64,000 nucleotides of DNA from Candidatus Methylacidiphilales bacterium. GTDB lineage: Bacteria > Verrucomicrobiota > Verrucomicrobiia > Methylacidiphilales > CAZTYG01. Where the stretch lies: the NCBI GenBank assembly GCA_033875315.1, contig JANRJG010000012.1, forward strand, positions 493-64,492, given 5' to 3'. The translations under genes and the position numbers were made by a program. The notes beneath the pieces are model-generated. The model was given only the letters and a program-made list of their open reading frames with translations. It was not told where the DNA came from and searched no databases. The stretch's first letter is position 1; each line of letters begins with the position of its first letter. Below, piece after piece: positions 8,516 through 14,534 of this stretch.

Positions 8516-9535
8516 ATGACGGAACCGGTAAAGACCCGCCGCCTGGGCCCCCGTTGGTCGGCCAAATCCGACGACTTCATCACCGCACTGGCCTGGTCGC
8601 CCGATGCCGCCAAGTTGGCCGTGGCCAACGGCGCGGGTGGGATCGATTTGTTTGCCGGCGATGGTTCCTTGATTGAAAAAATCCAAGCCCATGACCTGGG
8701 AGTGCAGTCGCTCACGTGGTCGCCGGACGGTGCGCTGTTCTTCTCCGCCGCCCAGGACGGGCGCCTGCGCAGTTGGACCGCTGAAGGTGGCAAGGGCGCG
8801 GTCGACCTCAAACCCGCCAAGGGCTGGCCCTTGCGCATGCTGTGGAGCACGGGGCCGGAATCCCCGCTTATGGCCGTGGCCTGGGGCAAATCGGTGGTTT
8901 TGACCGGCAAGGATGGTGTGCCGCTGCGTGACATCACCGATGGCAAGACCAGCATCGAAGACCTGGCCTGGTATCCGCCGGGCGGTATGTTGCTGGGAGC
9001 CACCCACGGTGGTCTGCGCGTCTGGGATCCGAAGAGCGGGAGGGAGATCCGCCGCTACGACTGGCCGGCCGCCCTCTGGTCCTGCACCTGGAGCCCGGAT
9101 GGTCGTTGGGTCACCGCGGGCAGCCAGGAACACTCCGTGCATATTTGGGAGGCAGCGAGCGGTGACCATCTGCACATGCAGGGGTATCCTGGAAAAGTCC
9201 GCCTGCAATCATGGACGGCCGACAGCAAGTGGTTGGCCACGGCCGGGGGTATGGACATCATTCTGTGGGATTGTTCCGGTCCCGGTCCCGATGGCCGCCA
9301 GGGCAAGCCTTTCATGGCCCATGCCGACCTCGTCACCGCCATGGCTTTTCATCCCCGCAACCACCACCTCGTTTCCGGTTGCAAGGCCGGGCGCCTCATC
9401 CTTTGGAACGGCGATGGAGAGGACGAGATCCTCGGTGCGGCCGTTCTTGACCAGGAAATCAGCACCCTGGCCTGGTCGCCGGTGCAGGACCGCATCGCCG
9501 TCGGTACCGCCCAGGGCTCGGTGGCGGTCTTTTGA
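8516..9535 (+). CDS. WD40 / beta-propeller repeat protein, cytoplasmic
   Basis: 339 aa with no signal peptide. Recurring units of about 40 aa (LAWSPDA, LTWSPDG, CTWSPDGRW, SWTADSKW, LAWSPVQ) imply a 7-8 blade propeller. The ATG lies 3 nt after the COG0523 stop. Confidence 0.75.
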   Translation: MTEPVKTRRLGPRWSAKSDDFITALAWSPDAAKLAVANGAGGIDLFAGDGSLIEKIQAHDLGVQSLTWSPDGALFFSAAQDGRLRSWTAEGGKGAVDLKPAKGWPLRMLWSTGPESPLMAVAWGKSVVLTGKDGVPLRDITDGKTSIEDLAWYPPGGMLLGATHGGLRVWDPKSGREIRRYDWPAALWSCTWSPDGRWVTAGSQEHSVHIWEAASGDHLHMQGYPGKVRLQSWTADSKWLATAGGMDIILWDCSGPGPDGRQGKPFMAHADLVTAMAFHPRNHHLVSGCKAGRLILWNGDGEDEILGAAVLDQEISTLAWSPVQDRIAVGTAQGSVAVF

Positions 9536-9995
9536 AGTTTCTTTGGTTGTTAGGAAATATGTCGCAGATTTCTTGGCGTTCCGCCTTTCGAGCGACGGTC
9601 AGTCAACTCCCACAAACGCAACCCTGAATGAATCCCCCTTCGAAAACCCCGACGATACGGACCGCGATGCCTTGGCCACCGCGCACATTCAAACGTAGAT
9701 GAGGGGACTTTTCTTCTTACCGGAGGACGCGGCCGTAATTGTGACCGGGTTGAACATCGCCGACCCCGGATGTCCGGTAGTAGGAAGTCGTTAGCCTATA
9801 ACTCATAGGTCCAAAGTTGGGTCGTGATGGCATGGATCTCACCGTGAGAGGGGCCGGGTTTACGCAGACTAAAGGGGTGCTCAGACGGTGTATTCCCAAT
9901 CCCAAAATGATCAACGTGCAAAAACATGTGATTTTGTGCCAGCGTTTCATGGTTGTTGATCCAGCTGTTTTTGGGCGGCTTATTTGAATAAAAAC

Positions 9996-10580
9996 TCACA
10001 CCTTCGGCAGGGTAATTCGCTGTTTCTGGTCCTGGTATTTCCCGGCGCGGGTTTTGTAGGAGACGGCGCATTCTTCGGCGGTGAAGAAGAGTATCTGCAC
10101 AATGCCTTCGTTGGCGTAGATCCGGCAGTCGGCGGCGGAGGAGTTGGAAAACTCGAGGGTCAGGTGCCCGCTCCATCCGGCCTCGGCGGGGGTGACGTTG
10201 GCGATGATGCCGCAGCGGGCGTAGGTGCTCTTGCCGACACAAATGGCGGTGACGTTCGGGGGCAGGGTCAGTTTTTCCACCGCAACTCCCAAGCCATAAC
10301 TCCGGGCCGGCAGGATGAAGTATTGCCCCTGCTTGTCCTCATGCAGGGAAACCTTCTCGAGATTGCGGGGATTGAAATGCTTGGGGTCGATGACCGTGCC
10401 GGGCACATGGCGGAAGACCTGGAATTCCCGCGCGGAAAGGCGGAGGTCGTAGCCGTAACTCGAACAGCCATACGACAGCACAGGCCGGGAATCGGGATCG
10501 CGGCGGATCAATTGGGGTTCGAAGGGACGGATCATGCCCTTGCGGGCCAGGGTACTGATTTGGTGGTCGCTGAGGATCAT
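9996..10580 (-). CDS. dcd: dCTP deaminase
   Basis: 194 aa. MILSDHQI..GMIRPFEP start, SSYGYDLRL, GKSTYARCGI and HLTLEFSN match Dcd throughout. Confidence 0.9.
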   Translation of the reverse strand: MILSDHQISTLARKGMIRPFEPQLIRRDPDSRPVLSYGCSSYGYDLRLSAREFQVFRHVPGTVIDPKHFNPRNLEKVSLHEDKQGQYFILPARSYGLGVAVEKLTLPPNVTAICVGKSTYARCGIIANVTPAEAGWSGHLTLEFSNSSAADCRIYANEGIVQILFFTAEECAVSYKTRAGKYQDQKQRITLPKV

Positions 10581-10828
10581 GGTGCGCGTCTTTATGCAGT
10601 GTTCCCGTCAAAGGCCAATCCCAAAGCGAGCCCGGCACCGGATTCAGAAATAAACCACCAAGACACCAAGATTGAAACAGGAGGCAGAAAGTGAATAGGT
10701 TTGGCTCCCTCAGGTGAGCTGGCTTTCTGCGCAAAACCAAACGTAACTCCTTGGAGATTTGGAGTTTTGGTCGTTATTCATCTGTATCATCCCGGTTACC
10801 GCGCACGGGTACCAAAAGTGGCGGGGAA

Positions 10829-11194
10829 TCAGTTGAACCACACCAGCCCGATCAGCAGGAGCGGGAGGAGGATGCCGCCGGACAGACAGAGGAGGGCGGT
10901 GCGTCGGCGGCCGTAGCGGAAGGCCATCACCAGCCCGATGATGACAGTAGCGACGAAGCACAGCGACATGGCGGTGACCAGCCCCTGCATGTAGACAGAG
11001 GAGAGGGTGTTGGGCTGGCCGGTCTTCAGGGCGTGGCCGGTGTGCAACGTGGAGAGCAGGGTGAGGGCATTGTTCTTGCCGAAGCTGGGTCGTTCCCAGC
11101 GGTAAGTTTGCCAAATGCCGGAAACGGCAAAAAACAGGAGCAGGGGGGCGAAAAGGCAGCCGAGGTAGAGGTGGAGGGCGCGCAACGTTTTCAT
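10829..11194 (-). CDS. Small membrane protein, PepSY-associated-TM-like
   Basis: 121 aa with 3 predicted TMs. The N-terminus LRALHLYLGCLFAPLLLFFAVSGIW resembles the PepSY_TM helix motif. Its start overlaps the exosortase stop by 4 nt (ATGA). Confidence 0.5.
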   Translation of the reverse strand: MKTLRALHLYLGCLFAPLLLFFAVSGIWQTYRWERPSFGKNNALTLLSTLHTGHALKTGQPNTLSSVYMQGLVTAMSLCFVATVIIGLVMAFRYGRRRTALLCLSGGILLPLLLIGLVWFN

Positions 11195-12639
11195 GGCCTG
11201 GACAAGCTCGGTTTGGGTTGGTTGGTGGATTGTGAGGACATTTCCAGAATGAGTCTCTGGGAGGAGGCCAGACTGGCCTGGTCGAAGGATTCGAGGGCGA
11301 ACTTTTCCCGGCTGCCGACCCAGATCAGGTGGATGCCGGGGGATTTGCGGAATCCGAGCGTCGACTTGAGGTACTCGGAATGGGAGGGGATCAAGGCACC
11401 ATCGACCAGGAAGAATTCCCGGAACCAGGATTGGCCGTCGGTTTGGATGCCGGATGTGCCGGTAGGACGGAGGTTGATCCCGCGGTACTTGAGGCAGACT
11501 TCCAGAGCGTGGTGCCGGTCGCTGCCCCGGGGTTCGAACCAGAGCAGTCCCATCCCGGGGGCCTGGTCCGGGAGGTGGAGTTCATAACCCTCGCCCGGCA
11601 ATTCGCGTCGCTCGGCGGAAGCTGGGGGGTGGGGCAGGTCCAAGAAGGCGTTGGAGAGCAGGGGAGCCACGAAAGGCAGGGTCAGCAGGGGCAGGGCGGC
11701 CAGCCGCGCCAGGCGCGTGGAGGGATGAAGGCCCGGATTTTGCCCGATCAGCACAACCGGGTGGAACCTTTCCCAGGCGAGCGAGAAGACGAGCAGTCCC
11801 CATGCGGCCGCTTCTCCCCAGGGTGCCAGGATGAGCAGGGGGCAACTGGCTGCCAGACAGGCCCAACCGGAGGCCGAAGCCAGCCAGCGTCGCTCGATGA
11901 CCAGAGGACAGGCCACGATCCAGGGAAACCACAACGATTCGATCCCGCACCAGGCAATCGCCCCGGCTGCGGCCACCCAGAACGCGGTGAGGGCGGTGTG
12001 AACGGCATCGAGTTGCCGTACCGGCCGCCCATGGGCCAGGCCGATCATCACGGCAGCAGCGGCGGGCCAGTGTCCGGCCGCATTCAGCAGGGGTGCGATG
12101 AGGGCCATGGCCGCGGCGGCCTGGGTCAGTTCGAGTGTGGAGTTGGGGAGGGGTCCGGTCTTTCCAAGGCGGTTGAGCAGGAGGGCGAAGGGGACCAACC
12201 AGAGGAAACCAATGAAGTAATGCAGTTGCGGGGGCTCAATTTCCGGGAAGAACAACCAGCGGTATCCGATCAGGGTGAGGATGCGCAGGACATTGGCCAG
12301 AACAGCCAGGGGAAGCAGGCTGGCCAGACCGATCCAGAACGACCGGCCTTCCAGGTGCTGGCGGCGGGTCCAGAGGAAAAGGGCCAGCAACACCAGGAGC
12401 AGGTTGAGCCCCGCGCAATCCCGGGTCCAAGGGATGTTCAATGCACCCCAGGCAAACCCATGGCCATCATCGACCGCAGGTTGGCCCGTGAGCGAAAGCA
12501 GCAACAGGACGGGGCCTTTGCAAAGTGCCCCGAAAGCATCGACCGTGATGTTGCGGGTGGAGACGAAGGCAATTGCCGCCAACAACGCCACCAAGGGGAG
12601 GTGGCGCCCGGACCAACGCGGGCCGGAAACTTTTTGCAT
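11191..12639 (-). CDS. Exosortase fused to a C-terminal EpsI-like domain
   Basis: Polytopic N-terminal region of about 300 aa with exosortase catalytic-type motifs (TRDCAGLNLL Cys, LANVLRILTL Arg, LHYFIGFLW His). A soluble tail of about 170 aa resembles the EpsI family. I prefer the ATG at 12639; the track begins at a TTG one codon earlier. Confidence 0.7.
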   Translation of the reverse strand: MQKVSGPRWSGRHLPLVALLAAIAFVSTRNITVDAFGALCKGPVLLLLSLTGQPAVDDGHGFAWGALNIPWTRDCAGLNLLLVLLALFLWTRRQHLEGRSFWIGLASLLPLAVLANVLRILTLIGYRWLFFPEIEPPQLHYFIGFLWLVPFALLLNRLGKTGPLPNSTLELTQAAAAMALIAPLLNAAGHWPAAAAVMIGLAHGRPVRQLDAVHTALTAFWVAAAGAIAWCGIESLWFPWIVACPLVIERRWLASASGWACLAASCPLLILAPWGEAAAWGLLVFSLAWERFHPVVLIGQNPGLHPSTRLARLAALPLLTLPFVAPLLSNAFLDLPHPPASAERRELPGEGYELHLPDQAPGMGLLWFEPRGSDRHHALEVCLKYRGINLRPTGTSGIQTDGQSWFREFFLVDGALIPSHSEYLKSTLGFRKSPGIHLIWVGSREKFALESFDQASLASSQRLILEMSSQSTNQPKPSLSRP

Positions 12640-12661
12640 CAAACCCGACCCTAGTCACCGG

Positions 12662-12689
12662 ATCGCACACCGCAAGAACGGTGTGCGAT
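12662..12689. repeat. Perfect 11-bp stem / 6-nt loop hairpin ATCGCACACCG-caagaa-CGGTGTGCGAT (repeat family E, copy 1)
   Basis: Lies between the PEP-CTERM gene stop (12719) and the exosortase start (12639). The 22-nt core CGCACACCGCAAGAACGGTGTG recurs at 17301-17322. Confidence 0.8.
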
Positions 12690-12718
12690 GCGAGCGCGGG
12701 GGAACGTCGACTCCGGGT

Positions 12719-13552
12719 TCAGGCGGTGCGGTAAAGACGTCCACGCAGGGCGAAAGCCAGAGCGAAGAGGCCCAACGCGGCCTGCGGGGGCACAGGGGCG
12801 GCGGGTACGCTCGTCTTGTCTGTCCAGACCCAGGTGGTGGGAACGTTCGAGACTTTGGTGGTGGTGCCCTTTTGGATCGAGGCCACGATTTTGCCCAAGG
12901 ACTCCGGAGCGTCGACCTTCGGATTGAAACTGAACTGGCGCGTGGTGAAGTTGTCGGACTCGAAGCCCGAAGATGTGACGTTGGAGAGCACGATCTGGTC
13001 CCAACTGGTGGAGGCGTCGCCGTAGAAGTTGATGAAGGCGTAAGCCTCGCCCGAGTTGAGCTTGCGATTGAGCGGGTTGCCGAAGTAGCTGCGATCCAAA
13101 CCGCTCAACAGGGAGGCGGTGGTGTATTGGGCCACGAGCGTGTTGTTTTTGTAGAAGCTGAGCTGGTTGGAGGCATCGCCCGCCGACCACCAGAGGCCGA
13201 AGTAGGAATTGGGCACATTGAGGGTGAAGGTCGTGGTCTTGATACTGCCGATGCCTTGAACGGCGTAAGGGGAGCCTCCCGGATTGGCCGCGTCAGGCGC
13301 CCCACCGTATTGGTTGGCCTTGATGACGTTGAGTTGGTCGAATTTACCCACCCCATCCCATGAAACATTGTAGTTGAGTCCGATGGGCAAGTTGTTGAAG
13401 GTGAAGATGTTGGTTCCAATCAGCGAAGTGCTGGTGGCCGAAGGATTTTCGGTGACGGTGACAATCGTGTTCTGGGCCGATGCAAAGGTCGTCATGCTCA
13501 AAAGGCAGGCGACGATGAGAGTGCAAACTTGGTTTACAGTTTTGTGCTGCAT
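12719..13552 (-). CDS. PEP-CTERM-type exosortase substrate (secreted surface protein, possibly Npun_F0296-like)
   Basis: 277 aa with a signal peptide (..TTFASAQ). The body contains YFGLWWSAGDASNQLSFYKNN and YAFINFYGD. The C-terminus is VPAAPVPPQAALGLFALAFALRGRLYRTA, i.e. a Pro-rich motif, a TM helix and a basic tail. Confidence 0.7.
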   Translation of the reverse strand: MQHKTVNQVCTLIVACLLSMTTFASAQNTIVTVTENPSATSTSLIGTNIFTFNNLPIGLNYNVSWDGVGKFDQLNVIKANQYGGAPDAANPGGSPYAVQGIGSIKTTTFTLNVPNSYFGLWWSAGDASNQLSFYKNNTLVAQYTTASLLSGLDRSYFGNPLNRKLNSGEAYAFINFYGDASTSWDQIVLSNVTSSGFESDNFTTRQFSFNPKVDAPESLGKIVASIQKGTTTKVSNVPTTWVWTDKTSVPAAPVPPQAALGLFALAFALRGRLYRTA

Positions 13553-13853
13553 GTGTTCAATCTGAATTGAACGCCGATTAATGCAAGTTAATTTTACACT
13601 ACGAGCTTGGATGTAGATGATTGGATTATGTATAAATTTGAATAAACTATTGATATTGAGCTACTAAAGAAAAATGAGGCTAGAATAGAACTTTTGAGTG
13701 AGGGCCACGTCAGTATTGATTGTTTTGACCAGGCGACGGCCTTCCCGCGTCCCAGGTATTGCCTCGACGAGTCCTGCGGTTCAGGCCGTATGAGGGACCA
13801 TCAGCAAACCCAGATATCATTCCCACCGGCAGGCTTGGATGGGCCCGGCCCTT

Positions 13854-14228
13854 TTACTTGATCCAGTAACCGCCGACCTTGCCGTTCTTGAGGCTGAGGG
13901 TGGCGAGGGCGTCGTCGCTTCCGTCGGCGAAGCGGAGACGCCACAAAGTGACGTCGAATCCCTTCTGCTTGAGATCGCCGAGGTACGTCGGGGTCACGCC
14001 GGCTTTGAATTTGGGTCCGAGCTGGGCCGCCACGGAAGCGAAGGCGGCTTGGGGTAGTTGCTTGAATGCGGCATCCCCATCGGCGACAAAGGCCGCGTAG
14101 TCACCGGCAGTGATGGCTCCAAGGAGTTTGGTGGAAGCGGCGAGGGCCTCTGGAGCAGGTTCTGCGGCACGGGCGACGGCGAGGAGGCTTCCAAGGAGCA
14201 GGACGGTCAGGAGGGCGGGGATTTTCAT
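13854..14228 (-). CDS. Hypothetical secreted protein (124 aa)
   Basis: The internal ATG at 14226-14228 gives MKIPALLTVLLLGSLLAVARA, a signal peptide. The longer 161-aa track ORF has an implausible N-terminus. I recognise no family. Confidence 0.5.
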   Translation of the reverse strand: MKIPALLTVLLLGSLLAVARAAEPAPEALAASTKLLGAITAGDYAAFVADGDAAFKQLPQAAFASVAAQLGPKFKAGVTPTYLGDLKQKGFDVTLWRLRFADGSDDALATLSLKNGKVGGYWIK

Positions 14229-14369
14229 GGGGATTCTCGTTTGCTTTTGATGCTCGTCAGAATGAACCGTGTGGTGGACGGACCTGTTCAATCTGCCCCG
14301 CACGGTAGGGTTATTCAAGAAGAACGACGAAGCATCCATCGCTTCCTTGGCGAATCACGGTGGTTGGCT

Positions 14370-14514
14370 GCCCGCGAAACACGCGAAATCAGAATGAAAT
14401 TTTGCATGGTTCAAACGGAATACCGACGGGATTCAGTTTCCGAAAGTGGAGACTTCGATCAGGTCTTTCTCTCAAGCCTCAATGAACTCGCGCGCATTCC
14501 CGTGTTTCGCGGGC
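14370..14514. repeat. 145-nt element bounded by a perfect 14-bp inverted repeat (GCCCGCGAAACACG ... CGTGTTTCGCGGGC)
   Basis: Arms at 14370-14383 and 14501-14514 enclose 117 nt. The element sits immediately downstream of valS and upstream of the 13854-14228 gene. Confidence 0.6.
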
Positions 14515-14534
14515 CTAATTCTAAATGGTCACCC

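Noticed and set aside
9717-10242. Minus-strand ORFs (77 and 148 aa) in the 9.5-10 kb spacer, including an HVDH-containing stretch that briefly suggested a metallo-hydrolase fragment
   Set aside because: One overlaps dcd out of frame. Neither has a plausible start or RBS, nor similarity I can recognise, and the HxDH resemblance is too short to be meaningful. I kept the region only as an unexplained spacer.
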